Part shown: in pieces, positions 20,650 to 29,857 of the stretch | How the letters are laid out: each line of letters starts with the position of its first letter | How positions within the stretch are numbered: the stretch's first letter is position 1 | Source: Candidatus Woesearchaeota archaeon | Lineage (GTDB): Archaea; Nanobdellota; Nanobdellia; Woesearchaeales; UBA11576 | Direction of reading: 5' to 3' | Assembly (NCBI GenBank): GCA_018668595.1 | Contig: JABJCP010000013.1 | Coordinates: 64,116-128,115 of the forward strand | DNA length: 64,000 nt | Position numbers and translations under genes: made by a program | The notes under the pieces: model-generated | Database searches by the model: none | What the model was told of the DNA's origin: nothing | The model's input: the letters and a program-made list of their open reading frames with translations, nothing else

Positions 20650-21855
20650 TTAATATCCTTCAAACTCATAGGATTTATTATCTTTTACCAGAATAGTTTT
20701 ATTAACATTACTTGCCAATCCAACATAACCAATTTTCTTTGCTGCTATGTTATATTTTTTTGCAATTTCAAATGCTGCATCTCCATTATCTCTTAACACA
20801 ATTGCAAAACCCATGCCCATGTTAAGTTTTGTAAACGCAGTTTTGACATCGTAATTTGCTTCTTCTTTTACAAGATTATGAATAGGTTTTGGTTCGAACG
20901 GATCTTCAATTATGAATGAGACATCATTTCCGAATCTATTGAAGTTTCTTAAACCATTACCTGTAATATTTACTCCAAAAACAAAATTTGAATTTGCTGC
21001 AATCTCTGCAATCATTCTTGAATAAATTAAAGTTGGTTCTAGCAAAGCTTGACCAATAGTTTGATTTGTATTAGGGACTAAATCACTCAAAGAATATTTT
21101 CCTCTGTACTGAGACTTCCATTCGCTTCTCGGATCAACATTTGGCGTAAGTAATGTGTGTCTTGCCGCAGTGTAACCATTAGAATGCAAACCAGAACTTT
21201 CAAAACCCACAATTATATCTCCCTTTTTAGGAATCCAAAGAGGCATGTCATCTTTTTTTATGAAACCATTCATGCCACAACCAATATCAAAACCATAATG
21301 TGGAACAGGTCCTGTAATCATTTCATCAAGACTTGCAGTTTCGAGTTTACCAAAATTAATAACTTCTGCATCATCAAGAATATCTGAAACATCACATTTT
21401 TTTAGAGCACCTACTATTCCCTTCATTATCTCACCCATCTTGTGCTCTTCAATTTTTGACTGGCAGGCAAAATATAAATTAATTGTATCTGGACAAACTT
21501 TCCCCATAATCGCATAATCATTAGCATTCATTGCAACCAAATCAAAACCAATAGTTTGATAATTGTTCAACCACTGAGCGAGAAAGAGTTTTGTGCCTGC
21601 ACCATCTTCAGTAGTTACTTTATAAGAATCAGGATGAAATCTGCTCTCTGTTAAAACGCAAAAAGAACCTTTAAAACTTTTATGTCTAGAAGTAAGATAA
21701 TTTGGAATTTGTTTTTGACCATCTGAAATAGCAGTATGTTCACGAGATTCATAATCTTCTGCTCTCGGGTTTAAACTACCAACATCACCTTTTGAAGACA
21801 GAGTTACCTCCTTTTCCCCACTACCTCTTTTCTCTTTTGCCCCCACTAAATTCAC
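20650..21855 (-). CDS. purM: AIR synthetase
   Basis: Has the DGAGTKL motif and the AIRS N- and C-domains. Confidence 0.85.
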   Translation of the reverse strand: MNLVGAKEKRGSGEKEVTLSSKGDVGSLNPRAEDYESREHTAISDGQKQIPNYLTSRHKSFKGSFCVLTESRFHPDSYKVTTEDGAGTKLFLAQWLNNYQTIGFDLVAMNANDYAIMGKVCPDTINLYFACQSKIEEHKMGEIMKGIVGALKKCDVSDILDDAEVINFGKLETASLDEMITGPVPHYGFDIGCGMNGFIKKDDMPLWIPKKGDIIVGFESSGLHSNGYTAARHTLLTPNVDPRSEWKSQYRGKYSLSDLVPNTNQTIGQALLEPTLIYSRMIAEIAANSNFVFGVNITGNGLRNFNRFGNDVSFIIEDPFEPKPIHNLVKEEANYDVKTAFTKLNMGMGFAIVLRDNGDAAFEIAKKYNIAAKKIGYVGLASNVNKTILVKDNKSYEFEGY

Positions 21856-22110
21856 CCCATTTAGCCAACTCTTTTTTGTTTTTTTCTTGTTTATAATAAA
21901 ATAATAAAATAAAACAATAAAATAAATTAATAAAATAAATTAATAATTAAAACGTCATCTACAGAACTAGAAATACTATAAATAGTTTGTGTAATTAAAA
22001 TAGCGTGACGAATATTATTAGTTATAAAGATGCTTATGAAATGGATTACTAATTGGTGGTGAGGAAGGAAAAGAATATGCAACACCCTAAATCCAAAATA
22101 CATCAACAAC

Positions 22111-22287
22111 ATTACTGCCTTGGCAAATAAGTTGAACATATAAGTGTTCAATGTTGTTGAGCGTAGCTCAATATTTTCAGTAACGAACAAAGTGAGTTAC
22201 TGAGTTATTGCAGAAAAACACCTGATTCATGCAAGGTGTTTTTCGATATTTAAAATTCATAGAATTTTATAAACTGCCGCAGTAATG
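22111..22287 (-). repeat. copy A of a roughly 178-bp TIR-bounded structured element (MITE-like), reverse orientation
   Basis: Carries the 9-bp terminal inverted repeat CATTACTGC/GCAGTAATG, an internal 11-bp perfect hairpin gaaaaacacct/aggtgtttttc, and the palindrome ttgaacac-ttat-gtgttcaa. It is homologous to copies at 34140 and 51407. Confidence 0.8.
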
Positions 22288-22316
22288 TGAAAAAAAATAC
22301 TAGTAGAAACAATAAA

Positions 22317-22985
22317 TTAAATAATTTGAAAATGATCTTTGTCAATAATATTTAAATGATTTAAAATCGCCTTGATATTTTTAAAAACCAACTGTTTATC
22401 CTTAATCTTAATTTGTAAAATCAAACTGTCTAATCGTTCTACCATTCTAGACATATGTAAAACAAAATTAGGAGGTAAAAAAGTAGAGTTTATCTGAGTG
22501 AAACAAACTAACCTATCTTTGTAAGTTCTAAAAATAAACTCATAATCCTCATAATTATCAAATGCTTTTCGCATAGTTCTATTGTCCATAGCTAAATCGT
22601 CAAACTTATTTAATAATAAATCAAAAAATCTACGATCAGATTCGACTTCAAAAGACTTTTCTTCAAAATATGATTTTCTGTTTTTAAATTTAACGAATTT
22701 CGATATATCAATAAACAAAGAAAAAAAATTTCTATTAAAAGTTGGTTTAAGTTTTTTAAGATATCTTTCTTTAAATGTTATTGCTTCTCGAGTGGTTAAA
22801 TAATTAACAAATAAAATAGTTAAAAAAACACCTAATAGTGAAGACATTATCGATATTGCAAAATTAATTAGCTCAAAAAAATAGCTGCTTGCCAACGCTG
22901 CCAAAACCATAATTATTGCTAAAACAATTATTGCCAGAGAATGATTTTCAATTTCTATGTTTTCCAAAACAAAATTTTTTTTCAT
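22317..22985 (-). CDS. hypothetical membrane protein (2 TM segments at the N-terminus plus a cytoplasmic domain)
   Basis: Hydrophobic N-terminus. No other motif. Confidence 0.35.
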   Translation of the reverse strand: MKKNFVLENIEIENHSLAIIVLAIIMVLAALASSYFFELINFAISIMSSLLGVFLTILFVNYLTTREAITFKERYLKKLKPTFNRNFFSLFIDISKFVKFKNRKSYFEEKSFEVESDRRFFDLLLNKFDDLAMDNRTMRKAFDNYEDYEFIFRTYKDRLVCFTQINSTFLPPNFVLHMSRMVERLDSLILQIKIKDKQLVFKNIKAILNHLNIIDKDHFQII

Positions 22986-23177
22986 GAAATTAAAATAACC
23001 ATTACTTATATTAATTGATTATCCTAACGCTAAAGATACAATCAAATATACTATATTAAATTACACAAGTTATGAAAAAATAAAAATAAATAACACACCA
23101 ACTCACTGTTGTTCGTTAGCTTAATCATCAAGTAAAGCTTGACAGAATTGAAATTGAAAAGTTTGAAACTATAAAAA

Positions 23178-23558
23178 TCAATAATTTTTTATTTCTCGAA
23201 TTAACTTGTTTATTTTATCTATTTTTTTAGTATATAACTCACTTCTTGATTTAATAAATATTTCTAATATTCCCCTCGTGAGGAAAGCTGCGATAATACC
23301 TGGCAAAAAAAGCACTAATAACAAAATTATCACAGTCCAAATATTCTGTAATTCTACTGCATGCAATACCCAACTTCTAATCAAATCATTAATTGAATTT
23401 GCAACGAAACCAGATGTTACTAAAAATGTTGCAATTCCTGCAATAAATGCAAATAAAAACTTATGAATATCTTTATCTTTTTCTAATTCCATTTCAAATT
23501 TTTTTATTTTTAAATCGATAATTTTTTCTGAATAAATTGCTTTTTTATTATCTTTCAT
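23178..23558 (-). CDS. small membrane protein (126 aa)
   Basis: Has 2-3 TM helices and overlaps the upstream gene by 4 nt. Confidence 0.35.
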   Translation of the reverse strand: MKDNKKAIYSEKIIDLKIKKFEMELEKDKDIHKFLFAFIAGIATFLVTSGFVANSINDLIRSWVLHAVELQNIWTVIILLLVLFLPGIIAAFLTRGILEIFIKSRSELYTKKIDKINKLIREIKNY

Positions 23559-24139
23559 CTTATCTTCCTCATTAATACATCAATATTTATAGGCCTATAC
23601 TTTGTTAACTCGCAACTAACATTAATTAATTTAGATCTTTTGTTAATTAAAGGATATCGTTTATTGTTATTGTGTTTATGTCCATGTATTACCCACCCCT
23701 TCCAATATTTTGCTTGTTGTGGCGAATGTACAAGTAAAAAATTAAATCCTTTGTATTTCAGCACTTTTTTCTTATGCATTTTTATTCTTCGAGATCTATC
23801 ATGATTTCCTTTAATGAATATCTTTCTTCCATTAAGTTTTCTATACCAATAATCCGTACTTCTACTACTTCGACCATAAGCTAAATCTCCTAAAAAATAA
23901 ACAACATCATTTTTTCTTACTGTTCTATTCCAATTACTAACTAATCTATTATTCATTTGTTGGACAGAACGAAAAGGTCTATGACAATATTTAATTATAT
24001 TTTTGTGATCTATATGTAAATCTGCTGCTAAAAATATTTTTGGTTTATGTACTTTTATCTGTTTAGATTTAAATTTAGGTGTAGGTCTTGTTTTTATTTG
24101 TATTCCTATTACTTGTTTAATCCATTCAATTATTTTCAT
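23555..24139 (-). CDS. calcineurin-like metallophosphoesterase
   Basis: Has the motifs ADLHIDH, GDLAYG, GNHD and GHKHN. Overlaps the LemA gene by 4 nt. Confidence 0.65.
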   Translation of the reverse strand: MKIIEWIKQVIGIQIKTRPTPKFKSKQIKVHKPKIFLAADLHIDHKNIIKYCHRPFRSVQQMNNRLVSNWNRTVRKNDVVYFLGDLAYGRSSRSTDYWYRKLNGRKIFIKGNHDRSRRIKMHKKKVLKYKGFNFLLVHSPQQAKYWKGWVIHGHKHNNNKRYPLINKRSKLINVSCELTKYRPINIDVLMRKIR

Positions 24140-24666
24140 TCTTCTATTGCAAAAAATTCTTTGTTCTTAAATCCAAACAATAAGGCAATAATATTTGAAG
24201 GAAATTGTTGAACTTGCATATTATACCAACTTACTCTCTTATTGTACAATTTTCTTTCACGCAATAACTCTTTTTCTACATATTCTATACTTTTTTGTAT
24301 TTTAAGAAAACTTCTATCTGCTTTTAATTTAGGATATTGTTCTTGAACTATTAATAACTTAGATAAGGCAGACTCCAGCATATTTGATGTTTTAATTTTT
24401 GCATCAAGGTCTTTAGCAGCACCCCACTGAGATCTTAATTTAGTTACTTCTTCAAATGTTCCTTTTTCATGTTTTGAATATCCTTTTACAACTTCTGCAA
24501 GTCCAGGAATTAAATCAAATTTCTTTTTTAGATGTGCTTGTATGTGGCTTAATTGTCTCTCAACATCTAATTTTAATTTTATGAATGCGTTGTATGTTTT
24601 GTATGTGTAACTAAACAATCCAATAGCTACAACTCCTATTCCTATTAAAATTATATAACTCATCAT
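24136..24666 (-). CDS. lemA: LemA family protein
   Basis: N-terminal TM helix, then YNAF...DLIPGLAEVVKGYSKHEKGTFEEV...QYPKLKAD...YNMQVQQFPSNIIALLFGF, which matches the LemA signature blocks. Confidence 0.75.
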   Translation of the reverse strand: MMSYIILIGIGVVAIGLFSYTYKTYNAFIKLKLDVERQLSHIQAHLKKKFDLIPGLAEVVKGYSKHEKGTFEEVTKLRSQWGAAKDLDAKIKTSNMLESALSKLLIVQEQYPKLKADRSFLKIQKSIEYVEKELLRERKLYNKRVSWYNMQVQQFPSNIIALLFGFKNKEFFAIEE

Positions 24667-24678
24667 TTTTTATGCCTC

Positions 24679-24864
24679 CTAAAATTTAAGAGATTTTTTG
24701 TAATACTCTTCATTTTTCTTTAGATTTTTTGGTTTGATTTCTACTTCAAAATATTTAACCATTCGCTTGATTGCTTCTTGTTTGGTTTTTAGATTATTCA
24801 CAAGTTTATAGACTTCAACAATCTTATCTTCCTCTTTTGATAAATCAATTAGTATTTTTACCAT
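24679..24864 (-). CDS. small hypothetical protein (61 aa), first gene of the LemA module
   Basis: ORF only. Confidence 0.25.
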   Translation of the reverse strand: MVKILIDLSKEEDKIVEVYKLVNNLKTKQEAIKRMVKYFEVEIKPKNLKKNEEYYKKSLKF

Positions 24865-24958
24865 CTTATAACACCTTGTTACATAGTATTACACCAAGTT
24901 ATATATAAAGTTTTGTATTATATAGACTATTTAATCAAAAAAAATTCAATAGAACCTC

Positions 24959-26569
24959 TCAGAAATCATTTAAACTTTTCTGACCTTTTCGTTTACGCTC
25001 AGGCACTATTATTTTGTCAATGTCTTCTCCAACTTGCTTTTTTATATTAATTGCTACTTTTCTACCAATGAGCTGTGCTAATGTTATTGGTGATGCGCGC
25101 TTAATGTCACCAATATCTTTAATTTTATTTGCAAATAAAATTCTTGCTCTAACTCGACCAATGTTTTTGAGTTTTAGAAGTGCAAGAAGTTCTTCTTTCA
25201 CACCATATTTTAGGCGAAGACGGATTTTAATAATTTCAGTTACAAGGCTATGGAAGCTTAATAATTTTGCAAGCTCTTCTGCACAATACAAAAGCCAATC
25301 GGCACGATCAATTTTCATTCTTGTTTCACCAGGTCGAGTGTTGTAATTTTCTAAGATCACTTCTTCATCTATTTCAGAAATCCAATCCTTCAAAAACAAA
25401 GCAGTTTTTATGGAATTAAGAAATTCATCAAAATCAGACTCAAAATAACTAGGTTCAATTTCAAGCATTTCAGAATCATGCTTTACCCACTGCTCTTGAA
25501 TAATATCATATTCTTTAGCTCTAACTCTTAATAAAGGTCTCATTTCAATAGTATGAGAAACCATTTGAAGAAGACCAAAACTCGTTACGAGTTTATAACT
25601 TGCACCACGCTTAAGACAAGTAATAATATGATGAGCAGTAATTGGATCAATGTATAACTGAGCAATTCTTCGGCCTAAAAGAGTCGCATTAATCTTTTCA
25701 TCGCCTAAATCTTCCGCACTAACAAAATCCTGGTTAGTATTGTATTGAATAAATTCATACTCATCAAGAAGATTAAGAATTTTATCCAGTATATTTTCTA
25801 ATTTAAATAAATCTTGATACTGATGTGCCCAAAAAGTTTTTCCAAAAAATTCCAATAATTGTTTTTTATTACTTACAAACCCTGTAGCAATTAATGAAAG
25901 AACATAAGATCTAAGAACTGGTTCAACTGCAAGCTTTGATAAAACTTCTTCAGGTTCTCCCTTAACATAATTTTCAAAAATCTCTTCTTTATTTTCTTCG
26001 CTTGATGCTATTGCTATTGCTTCACCAGTTGTTTCGAATTTTGGTCTTCCTGCTCTTCCTGCCATTTGCAAATATTCCAAAACAGGAATCCAAGACATTC
26101 CACCCCATCCTTGACCGCTAAAACGTTTGAGATCTTTGATGATGACGCGATATGCAGGAAGGTCAATTCCTAGCGCAAGAGTTGGCGTGCTGCAAATACA
26201 TTTTATCTTACCTTCTCTAAAATTATCTTCAATAATTTCACGTTGTTTATGCATAAGACCTGCATGATGAAAAGCAAGTCCTTTTTTTAAACAATTTGCC
26301 AACCTCTTGCACTGCTTGGTTGGTTTTGGAATTGCAGCTAAGATTTTTTCTGAAAGTTCTTCGAAGAAAAGTGTTTCTTGTTTGTTTAATTTTACTTTTT
26401 TAGAAATATCCTCTGCAGTTTTTTCAGCACCACGCTTAGTTCCAACAAAAGCAATAACTTGCTTATTAATTTTAAAAGAATCCAATGCTAGATTGATTGT
26501 TGCATATTTTGAAGGTTGCTCTATTTTAATTATACGCTCTTGTTGTTTAACCTCTATTTCTGTTGACAT
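24959..26569 (-). CDS. Hel308/Ski2-like helicase, C-terminal portion only (RecA2 + winged helix + ratchet + helix-hairpin-helix); no RecA1/ATP-binding domain
   Basis: Has helicase motifs IV-VI (FHHAGL, STPTLALGIDLPA, QMAGRAGRP) and a C-terminal Hel308 architecture. There is no Walker A or DEAH region. Upstream in-frame sequence hits a stop after 8 codons, and the next gene starts 65 bp away. Confidence 0.7.
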   Translation of the reverse strand: MSTEIEVKQQERIIKIEQPSKYATINLALDSFKINKQVIAFVGTKRGAEKTAEDISKKVKLNKQETLFFEELSEKILAAIPKPTKQCKRLANCLKKGLAFHHAGLMHKQREIIEDNFREGKIKCICSTPTLALGIDLPAYRVIIKDLKRFSGQGWGGMSWIPVLEYLQMAGRAGRPKFETTGEAIAIASSEENKEEIFENYVKGEPEEVLSKLAVEPVLRSYVLSLIATGFVSNKKQLLEFFGKTFWAHQYQDLFKLENILDKILNLLDEYEFIQYNTNQDFVSAEDLGDEKINATLLGRRIAQLYIDPITAHHIITCLKRGASYKLVTSFGLLQMVSHTIEMRPLLRVRAKEYDIIQEQWVKHDSEMLEIEPSYFESDFDEFLNSIKTALFLKDWISEIDEEVILENYNTRPGETRMKIDRADWLLYCAEELAKLLSFHSLVTEIIKIRLRLKYGVKEELLALLKLKNIGRVRARILFANKIKDIGDIKRASPITLAQLIGRKVAINIKKQVGEDIDKIIVPERKRKGQKSLNDF

Positions 26570-26634
26570 TTTTTGAATAACAATTACAAAAAGTTAAGAT
26601 ATATTTAAATATTAACAAATATTGCTTAAAAGAT

Positions 26635-27111
26635 ATGAGACATTCTCTAGAAGTTGGATTTAGTTTTGGATTGACATCTGCAGTTATTACAACACTTGGA
26701 CTCATGATTGGACTGGGTGCTGGAACAAATTCAAAGCTCGTTGTTATTGGAGGAATTATAACAATAGCAATAGCAGATGCTTGCTCAGATGCACTAGGCA
26801 TTCATGTTTCAGAAGAATCAGAAAACATTCACTCTCAGTTAGAAATATGGGAAGCTACAATTGCAACATTTTTATCTAAATTTTTATTTGCACTTACATT
26901 CTTAGTTCCAGTATTGCTCTTAGATTTATTTGCTGCAACAATAGTAAGTATAATTTATGGACTTATACTTCTTGGAGTATTTAGTTATTTTCTTGCAAAA
27001 AAACAAAAACAATCTGTATTGAATGTTGTAGGAGAACACTTAATCACCGCAATACTAGTTATAATCGTAACATACTATGTTGGATTAGGAGTTTCAATTA
27101 TGTTTGGATAA
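26635..27111 (+). CDS. VIT1/CCC1 (DUF125)-like integral membrane protein
   Basis: Has 4-5 TM helices and a Gly-rich first helix with acidic residues, similar to VIT-family transporters. Weak. Confidence 0.4.
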   Translation: MRHSLEVGFSFGLTSAVITTLGLMIGLGAGTNSKLVVIGGIITIAIADACSDALGIHVSEESENIHSQLEIWEATIATFLSKFLFALTFLVPVLLLDLFAATIVSIIYGLILLGVFSYFLAKKQKQSVLNVVGEHLITAILVIIVTYYVGLGVSIMFG

Positions 27112-27315
27112 ACTTGAAAATAATAACGTATTAAATTAGATTACTTTCTAAATGAACAAATTTTCACCGAAACGCTTATATAGTTAATTTATTTATATTT
27201 ATAAATAAATAGTTATGTTAATATATTTTTAATAACACATCGTTAATAAAGAATTGTACTTTTATACTTTTTTAACAATTGAATAATTATTAAATAAAAA
27301 AAGAGGTGTATCAAT

Positions 27316-27717
27316 ATGCTTGAAGGTAAAGATTTTGCAGCACTGTTTGTTGGGCTCGCACTGTTCGCACTTGGTTTATTGCCAATTCTATACAAATACG
27401 CAGGGGTTGGACCTGAATGGTTTTCAATGTCGCTACCTGCAAACATATTAAGTTATATTATTGCATTAGGTGCACTATTTTTAGTTTATGCATCATTTAT
27501 TGAAATTACAAACAGCAACAGCATGGGATTTATTTCAATCATTGTTGCAATAGTTGTGTTAAGCATTGGACTCCTTCCAATCCTATCAAGTTTTGGAATT
27601 GGACCTGCGTTTTTTAGCTTAAGTTTTTTAGGCGGACTTGGCGAACTATTATTCCACATTGTGTTCCTTGTCGAAGGTGCATTTTTAGCAATGTCTGGAT
27701 TTTTAATGGAAATGTAA
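27316..27717 (+). CDS. hypothetical polytopic membrane protein (133 aa)
   Basis: Has 4 TM helices. AGAGGTG lies 8 nt before the ATG. Confidence 0.35.
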   Translation: MLEGKDFAALFVGLALFALGLLPILYKYAGVGPEWFSMSLPANILSYIIALGALFLVYASFIEITNSNSMGFISIIVAIVVLSIGLLPILSSFGIGPAFFSLSFLGGLGELLFHIVFLVEGAFLAMSGFLMEM

Positions 27718-27776
27718 TGTTTAAAATTAAAACTTAAAATTTTTTAATTTATTTTTCTTTGAGGTGAAAAAAATAA

Positions 27777-28724
27777 ATGATCAGTCTTGATCCATTACGA
27801 AAACATAATTGCCGCGTGATTCTTACAGGCGGACTAGCAATAGAAATGCTTAGACTTATTGTTGAATTCTATGAAGCATATTCTGATTTAATGAAAATTT
27901 CTAAAAAAACAGAATCTGACAGTAAAGATATTTCTAAGATAATGAAAAATCTTGGAAAAATGAAAATTGAAGAAAAAAGAAAATATTTAATGACAAACCA
28001 AAAGAAAAAATTTCTTAGTACTGAAGAAGAATTTATGCATGCATTCGGATATATGAAAAAATCGATAAGAGATTGGAAACAAATCCTACTAGATGATGAT
28101 ACATTAATATTTAGAGAAACAATTGCACTAGCTAATATACAAAGAATAATTAAAAAATTAGTAATTCCTGATGAACAAAAAAATGAATTGATTGAACGCA
28201 TAGGTGATCTTATTTATGAAATTGCAGAAACACAGCATCATTTTTGGGTTTCATCAAAAGCAGACACTAGAGGATTTGTAAAACTAGACGAACTATCACT
28301 TAAAGGTCCACGAGTTCATAGAAGGCATATGAAAAGAAATGCGATAGAAGTAAGAACAATTATTAATCAAATTCTTAGATTACAAGTAGAAGTTAAACAA
28401 GTAAAAGATCATATTGAATTAAAAGATAAATGTGCTGAATTATACTTTTTATATCATCACGAATTTCAAGATCTAAAACACATTATGCATTCTGCCCATG
28501 TGATTTTACACTCCGCAGAAAAGCTATTCAAAAAGATAATGGCAGAGGCGCAAAGTCTAGGTTTTTTAAATTTGCAAGAACAAGTAAAAGAAATAAAAGA
28601 AGAATTTGAAGCAATGTTAAAAGAAATACAAAAAGTTTCTTTACGAGAATATCTGGATTTGAAGAAAATCGCAGATCATGCGAAAATGTATTCAGAACAA
28701 GTAATAAGAAAATCTAATAGTTAA
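27777..28724 (+). CDS. hypothetical protein (315 aa)
   Basis: GAGGTGA lies upstream. Alpha-helical and charged. No motif. Confidence 0.35.
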   Translation: MISLDPLRKHNCRVILTGGLAIEMLRLIVEFYEAYSDLMKISKKTESDSKDISKIMKNLGKMKIEEKRKYLMTNQKKKFLSTEEEFMHAFGYMKKSIRDWKQILLDDDTLIFRETIALANIQRIIKKLVIPDEQKNELIERIGDLIYEIAETQHHFWVSSKADTRGFVKLDELSLKGPRVHRRHMKRNAIEVRTIINQILRLQVEVKQVKDHIELKDKCAELYFLYHHEFQDLKHIMHSAHVILHSAEKLFKKIMAEAQSLGFLNLQEQVKEIKEEFEAMLKEIQKVSLREYLDLKKIADHAKMYSEQVIRKSNS

Positions 28725-28761
28725 AGTTAAATAAATTGTAAATTAATTATACTGTGAAAAA

Positions 28762-29853
28762 ATGAAACAAAACTATGCTAAATTATTCAAACCTGCAATT
28801 TATGGAGGATTAGTATTTGCAATACTCTCGTCGATTCCAGGATTAAGTTATGTTAATGGACTTTTATTATTCTGGTTAATTATAGGTTGTTTTTTTTCAG
28901 TACATTGCTATCACAAAAAACATGGAGAACATATAACTTATGGAGACTCTATTCATTTAGGAATTTATACAGGAATTTTAGGGGTGCTGTTTACAGTAAT
29001 AATATGGAGTTTACTTGATTTTATTGGTTGGAACTGGACTCCTGTTATGAGACTTTATGGTATTTCCATTTATTCAAGCACGACTATAATTGGAGGAATG
29101 CTAAGCATAGGAGGAATATTTGCAGCAGTTCTTGGAATATTTTATTCTCTTCTTGCAAACTTTTTGCACAGGATTAGTCATGATGTTGATGTGTGGGCTG
29201 CATTTATCTCGTCATTAATAGTTTCTGCAGGAATAATTATATTTACATTAATTGCAAGCTTAGTTTTTAGAATTGTAGGAACTACACATACTGAAGAATT
29301 ATTTCGAACAGCAGTTATAGTCATCTTTTTTGGATTAATGATATTTGGAGGATATATATTTGTTTCATTTTACGATAGATATTCGCAAGCATATTTACAA
29401 AACCAAAAGGAAGGAATAATATTTTCTTTACTTATTTCATTTATTGTTGTTTTTGTTTGGTCCTTATTTACAATCACAGGAAAAATAGGCTGGCACCTAG
29501 TAGGTGTTGAAGATATTGGCGCTATGCTAGTTTTAATTATTGTAATCTCAATTATTTTTTCAATACCTGTTGTGGGAGGATGTTTATATGGAATCTCCAA
29601 ATTAAAACCTAAACATCAATCTAAACAACGAGTTCATGTTATGCTTGAAAATAAAGTTATACAAAAGAAAAAACTAATCAAAAAGAAAACAATTAAGAAG
29701 AATGCTAAAAAGAAAGTAGTTAAGAAAAAGGCTGTAAAGAAAAAAGTTGTTAAAAAGCACAGTATTAAAAAAAATAAAAAGATAATTAAGAAAAATAAAA
29801 AAATTACTAATAAAAAAGTTATTAAAAAGAAGATTACTAAAAAAAAGAGGTGA
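28762..29853 (+). CDS. polytopic membrane protein with a roughly 70-aa C-terminal lysine-rich (VKKK/IKKK) repeat tail
   Basis: About 8 TM helices, then KKKLIKKKTIKKNAKKKVVKKKAVKKKVVKK... which is encoded by degenerate 12-15-nt repeats. Confidence 0.45.
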   Translation: MKQNYAKLFKPAIYGGLVFAILSSIPGLSYVNGLLLFWLIIGCFFSVHCYHKKHGEHITYGDSIHLGIYTGILGVLFTVIIWSLLDFIGWNWTPVMRLYGISIYSSTTIIGGMLSIGGIFAAVLGIFYSLLANFLHRISHDVDVWAAFISSLIVSAGIIIFTLIASLVFRIVGTTHTEELFRTAVIVIFFGLMIFGGYIFVSFYDRYSQAYLQNQKEGIIFSLLISFIVVFVWSLFTITGKIGWHLVGVEDIGAMLVLIIVISIIFSIPVVGGCLYGISKLKPKHQSKQRVHVMLENKVIQKKKLIKKKTIKKNAKKKVVKKKAVKKKVVKKHSIKKNKKIIKKNKKITNKKVIKKKITKKKR

Positions 29854-29857
29854 ACAA

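Noticed and set aside
21927-22190. 87-aa minus-strand ORF in the purM upstream region
   Set aside because: It overlaps the MITE-like repeat copy A and the AT-rich promoter region. It has no Shine-Dalgarno motif and low complexity, so it is likely spurious.
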